A DNA stretch of 34,861 nucleotides, from the NCBI GenBank assembly GCA_000320545.1, contig ADNK01000317.1, forward strand, positions 1 through 34,861, in the 5' to 3' direction. Shown here piece after piece: positions 13,484-24,876 of this stretch. The position numbers were made by a program, and so were the translations under genes. Source of the stretch: Bigelowiella natans CCMP2755. Taxonomy: Eukaryota > Protista > Cercozoa. The stretch's first letter is position 1. Each line of letters opens with the position of its first letter. A model generated the notes under the pieces. That model had not been told where the DNA came from. It was given only the letters and a program-made list of their open reading frames with translations, and made no database searches.

Positions 13484-13791
13484 GTCCTCGTGGATGACCA
13501 ACACCACAATTCGACAACCCTCTTCGAGAACTTCAGTCTCGTGTAGCCCCAGAGTGCCTCAAGCTCCGCTAAGTCCTCCGCGCTCTGTTCGGCCCTTTTC
13601 ATCTTTTGTTGCGTGGGAGGAAAGCATGTATGATCAACGTGGTGGTGGGACCAGTTGAGGGAAACAAAAAGCCCGTTTCTGAGCCCCTTATTTGCTATAG
13701 AAGGATGGCAGCACTAGCTGCTTCGAAAACAGAGGTTTGCGGGCATCATCTAATATCACGTTTAGCCCGCGTTTATAGCCATCTTTCCTTC

Positions 13792-13837
<46 letters not shown>

Positions 13838-14701
13838 CCCTCCCCCCCCCCCTCCCTTCCCTCTCTCCCGCTTTTCTACATTCTCAACCTTGTCGAGAAG
13901 TCTCCGCCCCCTCATGATCATCGCGCCCTCGCTTCCAGCGTTCTCATTCTCTTCATCCTTGATTCCGTCTCCGCCCGGTAACATCGCAACAGCATCGAAG
14001 TCGAAGGAGGCGGTCATCCTCTTTATGCACAGCGACATTCGGTCTGAAAACAGCCTGGTCAAGAACTTGCGCCTGCTCCACGGAATGAGCAGCAAGCAGT
14101 AGCAACATCAAACAAGTTTAGTAACGGCAAAAAGAACAAGCCGACCTTGGCAAACGTTAGTCAAGGACGAAGTGTTAGTATTGTTGTTGGTGGTGGTCAT
14201 GCTAATGGTGATGTCATGGCGAGTTCTTGGCATTTGATAGTGTCAGCAGCAGGTTATCTGATTACTTCGAAAGATGAGCATAGGCGAAAGCGCGTGGATA
14301 GCAGTGGAGAAGGCGAGGGGTAGGGTGGTTGGGAAGGAGAATGCTCAATCTATCCAGTCTGGCTCCGAGCTCTTCATCAGCCCAGCTTAGAATTTCAGGG
14401 TTTTCCCGACATAAGAGCCTATATGATAGTCCACGCGATCCCATACGTGCTTCCCCTTCCCGGAGTCGGCTGAAAACGGTTTGATGCTCACATCGTGCTG
14501 CTGCTGCTGCTGCTGCTACTACACTACTATTACCACTAATGCTACTCAATAAGAATTATAACAATGACAACGACGATGATGACGATGATGACGAAGAAGA
14601 AGAAGAAGAAGAAGAAGAAGAAGAAGAAGAAGAAGAAAAGGAAGAAGAAGAAGAAAAGGAAGAAGAAGAAGAAGAAGAAGAAGAAGAAGAAGAAGAAAAG
14701 G

Positions 14702-14794
<93 letters not shown>

Positions 14795-15393
14795 AAAAGT
14801 GGGGGAAAAGCGTACGGCCGGTCGGCTGTAATAACTGATACCTTTGAATTTTATCTTCATCGACAAATTCTGGATACTTCTTGAGGAACTCTAAAGCTCT
14901 TCGCATCTGATTTAGGGCACGCAGATACGTTGTGAATATTTCTCTCTAAGTGTTTGTACATGAAGAGTGGATGCACGATCATTTCGGCTATCCTCTTCTT
15001 CAAGGTACAATAGTTGCGTGCCCTCACGTTCGCTCCGACCTTCTGCTCTCCGCATGCCATATAGAACATTGCAGAAAGCTACCTGGCGCGGTGTATCTAT
15101 CCCGACGACAGTCTTCCAGAGCTGCGCGTGGCTCCTACCACCAACCTTATTCTCGGGAGGAAGGCGAAGCGGGGAGGAGGTCGGGACAGCTGGGAGGAGG
15201 AGGAGGAGGAAACAGATGGACGAAGAAACGATGGAAAAAAGTAGTAGGGGGAAGATGATGAGGAGAGGGAGCAGAAGAGTGGAGAAGGGAGGAGCCCGTG
15301 GGGCGAGCATCCGGCGTCAACGCATGAGTACTCGTGCTCAGGCGAGGGTAGGGTACGCTCGTAGAGCACGTATGGAGAGTTCCAGTAGGCCAT
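12124..15393 (-). CDS. Putative class I SAM-dependent methyltransferase (Bmt6/DUF3115-like motif order), ~8-9 exons
   Basis: Spliced product: MAYWNSPYVLYERT...IDTPRQ|MRRALEFLKKYPEF...YPRAFAYAHLS|KRKFL...LWGYTRLKFSKR|AFRAF...FRIASVGGGPGSDVAG (motif I)...KAR|IFDVSDTW (acidic motif II)...EFGHCDV...LFIFSFVLFEA|GHGSQRFVYDLWDIIPKS|SAFLLLDVP...GYIIIK* (stop 12124-12126). The Rossmann MTase call is well supported; the substrate is unknown. Confidence 0.72.
14563..14794. repeat. Compound trinucleotide microsatellite (GAY)n-(GAA)n-(TTA)n-(TAG)n in a methyltransferase intron
   Basis: Directly visible abutting blocks over about 230 nt. Confidence 0.97.
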
Positions 15394-16258
15394 TGTTTGC
15401 AGCAGGGACGACAGGGAAAAGGATAAAAATGGCCTGTGTTTATCGCATGCGACTTAGGAATTCTCCCCCCTAAATAAATAACTTTTATTAACTTGCTTAT
15501 TGAATTACCGGTATCTAAATCGATTCGGAGATCGGTTGGACATCGGAAGGAGAAGGAAAAGAGCGAGACGAAACGTGAAGGAGGAGGAGGAGGAGACGTA
15601 CGAGGAAGGACTGCGGTGCCCGGTTAGCATGGGCAAGCAGCTTCTACTGGGTACCTAGCGTGGAACTAAGGGGGGGGCACAACCAAGAGTGCTTCAAGAT
15701 AGTGAATACATTCCCAGATATGCCGCATTGCAAGCACATTCAAGCTGTGGGTCATGTTTTTGCTTCTTCAACTTCGTGATGACCGCTGTCCAGGAGGCAT
15801 GCGCATGCCTATCGCCATTCGCATCGATCGTGCTCATGTTCACCCAGATATGTGCGGAATGAGCGCACAAGAACTCTGCGCGCAGCACCTAATGATGCAT
15901 GATGTGCCAAAACTGAGCACCATGCTGATGCGAAAAAGCAATCAGGAACTGCTATGTTGAAGTGCAGCATGTGATGTCAGTGAGTGCATATAAATTTGAT
16001 CTTTATTACGATGCGTTTTGTATCGACAATTATTTTTTCCCATTCATTTGCATGGCTATAGGTGTTCACACGACGTATGACATACGCACTGTGTGTATTC
16101 ACATGACTAGATGAGCTCTTAGAACAGGCGCAGAAAAAATATTGTTTACGAATGATGAGTTTCACTCGGCAAACCCAACGTGAAATTGCCACGCATGACG
16201 TTTAAATCTTTGTGAAACAAAGCGTGCCAACAGCTAATGTCGTTCAGATTTCCATTAT

Positions 16259-17423
16259 TTATTTAAGCAATTTCCACCTGTCTTCAAACACTGATTCTAT
16301 TATTTCCCCCCACACAATTTCTGATTCCGCACATGTGGTAGAAGGGGAAATTGGGAGAGCTAGTGCCTTGGGGCCAACACCGTGATCATGTGAGCGCCCA
16401 TCTGCAGCCTTTTTCGCTGTCTCAGCTGCCTTTCGCATGTAAAGCATCGTCTTTTCCTGAGAGTACATCACAACAAAATTTCAGTTTGGCAGTGGCGTCA
16501 GGTTTCGACCCGACACCCAAAGATTGACCTTGTGAAGCTGGGTAGATTCTAAACAATCCTCAATGGGCTGGTTCAGAGACAAATATCAGAATCTTAAGAA
16601 GAACGACGACGACGACGACGACTTTGACGCCACTACCCTAAAGAAAGCCACTGCGTACGGAATACACGCGTCGGATTCGCATTCCTTCGCCATCGTTTTG
16701 CGGATGTTCTCATGGTTGAGGTCGTAGCTGGTGAGCGCCTGTGAGTCGAGACAAAGGGTGACACACAACCGGAGCAGTATTATGAGAAAGGTGCGGAGTA
16801 AAAATGGACAGGAATAAGAATATCATTATCTTCCAGTAATTTCTTCGCTCAATATCTCTTTGTAATAAGATATTTGCTTCTCCCTCTCTCACCCCTGCCC
16901 TCTGCTTCCCCCCACTCCCCGAAACCTCAAGCTCCTCGAAGTGGGGTAGATCTGCGAGATCGTCCTGAAGCACCGATCTTGGTGGACCGTTCAGGCCGGT
17001 GAGAATCAGGAACACGCTGAAAAAGTTGCGCTGGCAAGCCAACGAAATGTGCACGTAAGAATGACTCTTGATTTTGCATTTTCCGAAAGCCCCTTTCCAG
17101 CAATCTCATCGCCCCTTACGACGGAGCCAACAAACGCTTCTAAGAGCTCTCGCGCGTTTTTCTCTATGCCACGCTTGACTACATTCCCCCGCATGATGTC
17201 TACCTTCTGCCTGCACTTTAAGGCGATCTTCAGCCACCTTTTTGCTGCGTTGAGCGCATGGTCGCCTCCCTTCACCGCCTATGATTAGGTAAGCAGAGAA
17301 GCCTCTAAACTATGGTTTGTCTCTCTAAGCATGGCAGGACGTGTGATAAAGGATGTCTTGATGTTTCTCAATGAGCTCTGCTCATATTTTTCTCAAAATC
17401 AACCTCATATTATTATCACTATG

Positions 17424-17456
<33 letters not shown>

Positions 17457-20400
17457 GTTCTTTTCACTAAGTATTTACGGTCGACAAATTCTCCTTTTTC
17501 AATAGGCAATGTTTATATTCAGAAGGTCTTTTGTTGTTGCTGTTGTTGCTCGTTGTGGCCGTGAGAGCTGTTACCAAGACAGACGTCGCAACCCAGGTGG
17601 ATAGCAAGTTGCAATGCTTCACGTACGAGGACCGCCCCTCCCTGGTTAAGAAGAAGACAGCATAGGGCTGAGAGAGGGCGGAGCTCTTGGTGGGAGAAGG
17701 AAAAGAAAATGACAACATTGGGTGGTGATTTGCTACCATCTAGACACGCGCTCATTCTACACTGTCGAAGATGTATATATTGCTAGCACTAGCATTGATT
17801 GCTCCCACAGATTTTGTTTGCACCATCTGCCAACGTACATGGATGCCAGATCTCTCGCACTGAAGCTTGAGTGCTGGAATGAGGCCATCGATGTCAAAAT
17901 GTTCGCCCACGTCTATGTAAAAAAGAAGAAGAAGCATAAAATGTCTCAGAGAATTCGGCTAGAATCTTGATTTCAAACTCTTATTCGAGTTCACAGCAAG
18001 AAAGACGAAACACACCATCCTTGAGAGACGAAAATGTTGCATATTTGTCTCTCTCCTGGAAGAACACGGGTGTCCTCTGTCACGGGGTGCATTTGGTTGT
18101 TTCATTAGGCAAACCACACGTCCTTCATCAGCACCGTGTCGTCATATCGAGCGAAGAGAGACTGAGCGAGCTCCCTTCTTTTCTGCTCGTTGCTAAGCGT
18201 GCTCCTGATGACGCGGAAAAGAGATCAATAAGATATCTTCCCTACGTTAATGTGTTTATATTCGTCATTTCCGTTTTTCCTACTCTCTTACTTGTTCCTT
18301 CTATTTGTTCTCTGGCCTACTCTGCAATGATCATTTGTTTCTGTAGCGCACGACGTACTGAAAGACTTACGGATCAGGAGCATCTAGGCGACATCTTGCT
18401 TTCAGATTGCGTTCTGCTTCGCTGAAGGCTTTACTGTGGATTCTCAATATCTCAGCTTCCTCCTCTGAAAGACAGCATTACATTGTAAACTATTTCCTTC
18501 CTGCCCATCCCAGTGCTAACCCTCCTTCTCGTCCTTCTATTTACTCTCTCCCCTTCTCTCCTTTTCCCTCGCCCCCCCCTCCCCCCTCTCTCTCATACAC
18601 ACAATGCATCCTTACTCGAGTACAATTGAGCGAAATGGTCATCGACGGAATGCTGAGCTATTTGCAACGAATTTGCAGTCAGGTCCGTAGGATAGCTCTA
18701 CGATAAGCAAAGAGATAATGTTGTCGATGATCATGATGGTGGTGGGGGGAGAGGTATATTTAAGAAGTAGAGAAATGTGTAGGGGCGTTCGCAAAACGCT
18801 GTTGTTAACTCCTTCTTCGATATCATACCACCCATCCCTGTCATCTTTCAACTACCTTGACCCAAAACTTCAGCACGCGCATAAAATTCTTGATTCTGCC
18901 GTCCGAAAATCCTCTAACAGTGTTGGGGAAAAGACGAAAAGGAAGAAGGGCATATACAGAAAGAATATGTGAAGAATGCTTTCCGCAGGATCACAGGAAC
19001 CGTACTATACAAATACATTTTCAGACATCAATTAAGTAGATAACGCACGCTACTTAGAACTCCTCACTCGCCTTACTTTGAAATCAAGCTCTGGAGCATC
19101 TTCGACGCTGCTATAGAGAACATGGGGAGAGAAAAGAGAATCTGGTCTATTTTATCCATCGCTGTGACCTCCACCTGTGCTTTCGAGAAGTATTCAGAGA
19201 AATAAGCCGGAAGATCCTCCCTGGGGCCAACGAGTTGTTCAGCAAGCTGCCCGAGACACGCCTCCTTCGTAGCTTTACCGGCCTTCAGTTGGATATGAGG
19301 AAGCTCGAAATGCCGATTCAATTCCAGCCTGGATATGCGCGATAGATGTGCATCTCGACTCCCACTTTTCCCTGTGATGGCCTCGACGGAAGTTGCTCGG
19401 TGCGGCGGTTTCTTCGCTGATGACGTTGACGGCCAAGGCGTAAAATGGATCAAAACACCCTTTTTCCCAGCAACGAAACTTACATAGGCACTTGATGTCT
19501 TTTTCCAAAAGTAAAACTTAAGCTTCAGCTTCGAAGTAGACGCCAGGATAATTTTATCGTGGTCGTGGGGGTCTTTCTTGCAGTACGGGCTTGATGGCAG
19601 ATCCAAGGATGTGAGCGCAGAACAAATCCACGACAGCTCCAAAATAGCCCACCTGGAGATCGTACAAATTTATACGTTACCTAAATAAAGAACCCAAGAG
19701 AGAAAATTCCAACTTTTAGGGTTGGTGCTTACCACTGCGACGGCCATGACGGTGCCGTGGTCGCCGACCATATGTCGTTTGTTTGGATGCCCTCATCCCC
19801 CTCTCGGACATTTCCATCGATCATAATCACGGAGCCATCAGCGTGGCGCTCTGGAAGTAATAGCTTCTTTCCCAGCTGTCCAGTAACCTCAACAAGCTCC
19901 AAGGAGAGACTTGTGAATCCAAGTTGATCAGAGGTCTGCGTGACTGTCGTACTGTTTAATACGAGCAGCTTTCCTTGCCTCCCCTGCCGCACGATCTTCT
20001 GCATGCTGGGTGGAATTCCGCCAAGGATCAAGAGAACCAAGTAGGATGTACAACAGACTTGAATGTTTGTCATTTTCATTAATCGCCTCCGTCGGTTGGC
20101 GCAGATGCAGTTGCACAACCGGGTCAGGGGTCGCAGATTCAAACCGAAATTCAAACGTCGGAATAACTACCGGTCAAAGAAAGAACAATCATCCTTTGCG
20201 ACGTGGAGGTCCTTATGTCGTAGTGACACGAACATAGGTAAGTTAGAATTCCTGCTAATTGCATGTGATATTCACCGTAATCAGCCAGTTTCTGATGTCG
20301 CATTGTGCAAAGGGATCTGAAGAAGGAAAACCGATCGATTTTCGTCTCTGCGTCATTGGAGCATTGCTAATATGAACTGGCTCTCTCTTGAGGTTTCTTC

Positions 20401-20652
20401 AATTTTGTCACATTTGGGAATGTCGTCCAGGACAAATTACTAGATGATTTTGTAATTCCTTAACGAGGAATCTTGGGTTTTAGTGCTGAATTTCACATAG
20501 AATGGCTGACGAACCTGCTGTCAGTTTCATCTAAATAAAAACGCATTTTTTTGGGTTGGGTTGGAACTCCTTGTGGTGCAGTGTTGACAACTTTGTTTTT
20601 CAATATTCGTGGATGAGAGATCCAACAGGGCTATCCAGATTGTTTTCAGCAT
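16259..20652 (-). CDS. Ras-family guanine nucleotide exchange factor (REM + CDC25 domains); 5' end uncertain
   Basis: Spliced exons give REM-like ...LPMFSIAASKMLQSLIS|KGFSDGRIKNFMRVLKFWVK|SYPTDL. CDC25 conserved blocks follow in order: YDDT|TWANILTSMASFQH, YVKHCNLLSTWVATSVL, AAKRWLKIALKCRQK|RNFFSVFLILTGLNGPPRSVL, LTSYDLNHENIRKTM...ACIPYAVAFFR, KVNLW|EK. Stop TAA at 16259-16261. Candidate ATG at 20652 (MLKTIWIALL...). Confidence 0.85.
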
Positions 20653-20720
20653 GATTGTCTTCGCGTGGAGGGTGGGGTGTTGTAATTCTCGGTACACTGA
20701 TTAAGCATGAAACGAAATAA
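20653..20720. promoter_or_regulatory. Candidate compact bidirectional promoter between RasGEF (-) and the RSPH1-like gene (+)
   Basis: Head-to-head candidate start codons only ~68 nt apart; the RasGEF start is not certain. Confidence 0.45.
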
Positions 20721-21054
20721 ATGCAGCCGTACGAGATAAAGTGGGATGGCGCTGAGGCTGGAGAGCCCTCTGTTGATCCTTCAAAGGAGGGAAAGGCAGC
20801 TGCATCTTATCCTAACGGGGACAAATACGAAGGTAATTTAGTTTTCTTTGTGTGGGTATCAAGCGTAGTAATTTAACATTAATGCTTAACACCGTTTAAA
20901 GGCACATACGCAAACGGCAAGCGTGACGGCAAAGGGGCTTACACATGGAAAGCTCCAGCTCTCGCTGAAGGGGGTACGCGTATGAGAGTTGCGAAGACCG
21001 AAACGAACTTATGCCCAGTAGATCTCTCGCGTCTCACCAAATAGACATACATGC

Positions 21055-21094
<40 letters not shown>

Positions 21095-22025
21095 TTATAT
21101 GTAAATACTCCTGAATGAATACATATGTGTATACATATACGTGTAACACATTCCTGTGCAGAGGAGGAACAGAAGCCCGGAACGGTCTATGAGGGTGACT
21201 TCAAATCTGGAATGAAACACGGAAAGGGTGTCCTGAAGTGCGAGGATGGGAGCGAGTACGTACAAGCGACAGATATTGATCCTAAATAATGATCAAAACC
21301 ACTTTTTTAACAAACACAGAAGTATCTGCCCTTTGTCTAATTTGAATCACGCCAAAACTCGATCATATGTTCGACAATTCTGCCCACATTTTATTGCGAG
21401 AAATATTTGTGTTTATCTGATCGTAGTGAATATATGTGTTTCCAATTGATTCTCAATGTTTCTGGTTTTCTTTTTATCCTTAAAATTTTGTAGGTACAGA
21501 GGTGATTTCAAGGATGGAGTGAAAAGTGGCCAGGGTGTGTACTATTACGCAAACGGCGACAGTTACCTCGGAGAGTGGGCAAATGTAAAATATCCACAAC
21601 CATCACTTCAAAATGACTGATCATGTTAGCAAAGCAAGGATGAGGATGATGTCGCAAATATTCGTTTCGGATTTTTTGTCTTCTTGAGCCTGATGTTGTC
21701 TAAAAAAACCATCATTTTAATCTAAGCAGCCTGCTCGTTCTTTTTAAAAAACTTATCGTCCCCCCCCCCTAATTTTCCGATATCTGGGGAAATCAGGATG
21801 TTCGTCACGGTAAAGGAACCTATTCTTTCGCAAAATGCAAATCGATCTATTCTGGAAATTGGGAAAACGGTTCGCTGAAGAAGGGATTCTGGAAGTTAGC
21901 GGATGGCACAACTCAAGGTGACAGCTCAGCCTCCCCTTCCATTTACGTATACAAAAGGCCCAACATTTTTACACATGTACTGCACAGTAATTCCTCATGA
22001 TGATGATTCAATCAAATCGGGATAG
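20721..22025 (+). CDS. MORN-repeat protein, radial spoke head 1 (RSPH1/RSP10)-like; 6 short exons
   Basis: Exons 20721-20832, 20902-20973, 21162-21255, 21494-21584, 21797-21917 and 21988-22025 splice in phase to MQPYEIKWDG...GKAAASYPNGDKYEGTYANGKRDGKGAYTW...YEGDFKSGMKHGKGVLKCEDGSEYRGDFKDGVKSGQGVYYYANGDSYLGEWANDVRHGKGTYSFAKCKSIYSGNWENGSLKKG...*. The MORN repeats (YxGxW/FxxGxxHGxG) are certain; RSPH1 orthology is inferred from repeat order. Confidence 0.88.
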
Positions 22026-23096
22026 CAATGGAATTTGAGTTTGGATGTGTTTTCAGTAATGAAAAACTGAGGCCGGCTCGTAATTCTTCGACTCCAATCG
22101 TTGTTTCGTGGTATTTATTGCCCGGTCTAGTTAGGGATCGGAAAATAAAAAACGTGGCGTAAGTAGATCGTCTCAAGCCCTCACCTTATAGGCATAAGAC
22201 AGTGAGCTTATCTTTGTGTTGTAAGTATTGCAACTACTGTACGTCGGAGTATATCAGTGCCAATTGCTGAATATCTCGATCGAATGCATGTTTTCAAAAA
22301 CATTAGGCTACATGTGATTATGGAACAACAATTGCAAAATTTGTTGCGCTATGTATCATGTGACGTGTGCAAACGTAAACGCTCAATACTTCTAGACGAC
22401 TATGGATAGTTGCAAAAATGTGCTACATGCTAGCATGCGCCTCGGTACAGACGCCCTCGAATAGGTGGAAGATGCGCCAGGCTATATGATAGACACCATT
22501 ATGGCTTGGCTAGTCTATACAGTGAACAGGGACTGCTATACTGCTAGTAGTTAGTCGCATGCGTACGTACATACAACTTTGGGGCACTCTCGCACTACAG
22601 AGAGCATAATATAATATGTATCTGCACAGCCATACAAAGCGCCGCTATAGACCTGCCATGTGCGCTTTGCGAATTCGATTGATGTGATGACAACGGTCTA
22701 CATGTAAGCTAGAAGCATCGTGAAGCGCTCATAGTCGCAAGCATGAATGGGCTTGGGGCCACATTTCCGGTGTAGTTAGCTATGACTAAGTTTTCAACTT
22801 TTATTCTGCAAATCATCATTTTCCTTTATGTAATAGTCCTATCAAATGCGATGCTGTGTAACTCATTAGCATGTTTTCTCGGTGCAAGTTTTTTTATTTT
22901 TGTGTAGGGCTAAGATTCATTAACTATATAAATAAATAAATATATATATATATATATATATGTAAGGCTTTAGTATGTTCTCACAGAACACTTAACCAAT
23001 CAGATGGTCACGACTTAAACTGTCGACGAGTCAATGTTGCAGAGAAGTACCCACACTCATTTACCCTAATATGGTGTTATCTTCTCCAAACTTACC

Positions 23097-23619
23097 TCAG
23101 GCCGGAGGGACCACCATCTCATCATCCGAATCGTTAAATAACACCGCCTCAATTTTGTCGGTTAATTTTCTTTCATTTATTCCCCACATCCTCTTGACAA
23201 GCTCGCCCTAATACCGCAACAACAAACCGGACGTCAGCCCATTTCTGCAGGTGCGTTTAAATGTGTGGGGATAGATTGGAGGGTGCTATTCATCACAGGT
23301 CATTACGATACGGCTGCTTGCCGTAGGAATTTACGGCAGTTTCATTCATATTGTCACATCGAATTGATGTGGCTCCTACAAACTATTGTTCCCTCTCCTA
23401 CGACGATGATGACAAGGAGGACGGCGACGACTACTACTATTACTACAGCTACTACCTCTTTAAACAATAAGAAGGACGGAGTTGCTGTGACCCGGTACTT
23501 GCGAAACAACTTGGGATTATATCCAAATAAAACATGAAAAATCGTTAGGGAAGAGGAGGCCAGATCGTAGCGTTCAAAATGCTGGATTCAATTCTAGCAT
23601 GTAATACAAATGTACACCC

Positions 23620-23680
<61 letters not shown>

Positions 23681-23927
23681 ATAACTTATTCATTTTATGT
23701 AATTCATATGTGTGTGCAAGTGTGTGAGTGCGCGCACGTGTGATTAGGTTACATGAGTAGTATAATACATAAAGAGAGAAATTACGTTTTTTGTGGATTC
23801 GTTAGTTTCTCCATATAGCTTCAAAAATTGGACTGATTTGGGGCCATATGTCTGCGCAAGGCGGACGAACTTTTTCTCGAAGTATCTGGTTGTTCATGCG
23901 TGAGCATTAGAATAGTACACAAACATA

Positions 23928-23958
<31 letters not shown>

Positions 23959-24876
23959 GAAAAGTTGAAAAGGAGAGGACTAGAAGGAAATGCAAAAGAA
24001 CGAGTATCTACGTGCCTAATTCTTGTTCTTTAAAGTATTTTACCTGCAAGGACGGCATTTCCGCTGAGCAAACTCGATGACAAACGTTTCTAAGCATCGA
24101 GTCATTGTGAGCCTCAAATAAGCAGATACAATTGCCGAGTAAAGAAAGGAGACAAGAGCGAAATGTCAAAATAGATAGATAGATAATAGATAGATAGAGG
24201 GAGTAGATAAAATCAACCACCTTGCTTTTCGTCTTCATTGAAGATCTGAAGGAGCTCATCTTCAGAATGCACAACCCGAACCAGACCGCCAGACTCATAC
24301 TCGATCAGCTCTAGCTGCTGCTGCTCCACCTGCGACTCAGCTATTGTCTCAATAGTATCGCTGTCATCGCTGATACGTAATGTTACAACACACAACACAC
24401 ATAGACACCGAAGTCAGATGGATCGAGCGCCCCTCCCACATGCTCACATGATTTACATCCGTATACACTCGCGGACCTTTGCTTCGATTGCAGATGGCTG
24501 ATTTGATCCAGAGTATCAATAGCATGTTCAGCATCAGGGGTGGAAATGTGGTGGTGTGTAAAGGAAGGGCGGTCCATAACCGATGAGCTCGCCATTAAAC
24601 GTCGCAAACACGTTGCTCGGCTACTCCGGTGTCTACTTTGTGTCATTGGAGTGGCTCTAGTTCCTTTCATAGCAATAATAGATGCATGGACTATGCCTGT
24701 CCGTGGGCTGCACCATATTGTAAGCAGTCCGGTAGCCAGAACCTACGTTAATTGAGGTGAACGTCTTGCTTCATGTGGTCACTACGCAAGGCAGAAGGGG
24801 GTGGGGAGCATTAATAATGTACCAAGCATAGGAGCTTCCCGGCGATGATAGAAGATTTCCTCCTCAACGTTCCCAT
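23097..24876 (-). CDS. Plastid-targeted atypical thioredoxin (CDSP32-like single domain, CRPC active site)
   Basis: Spliced: MGTLRRKSSIIAGKLLCL|VLATGLLTIWCSPRTG...SRHRSSRATCLRRLMASSS (signal-like + R/S-rich transit-like)...LVRVVHSEDELLQIFNEDEKQ|ETFVIEFAQRKCRPCR|YFEKKFVRLAQTYGPKSVQFLKLYGETNESTKN|LFRKYRVTATPSFLLFKE|GELVKRMWGINERKLTDKIEAVLF...VPPA* (TGA 23097-23099). CxxC, the cis-Pro loop (ATPSF) and the GE...G tail match the thioredoxin fold. Splicing of the leader region is approximate. Confidence 0.85.

Noticed and set aside
14539-14906. Poly-E/K/L/T/N/S ORFs in several frames
   Set aside because: These are translations of an intronic trinucleotide microsatellite.
18205-18246. Hammerhead-like string CTGATGA-cgcg-GAAA followed by a hairpin ending TTC
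   Set aside because: Stem II is essentially absent and stem I cannot pair. The CTGATGA is the reverse complement of a RasGEF splice acceptor (tcatcag).
21997-22072. Box C/D snoRNA-like ATGATGA...CTGA, ~75 nt
   Set aside because: It overlaps the Asp codons of the last RSPH1-like exon, has no convincing terminal stem and has no well-positioned rRNA guide.
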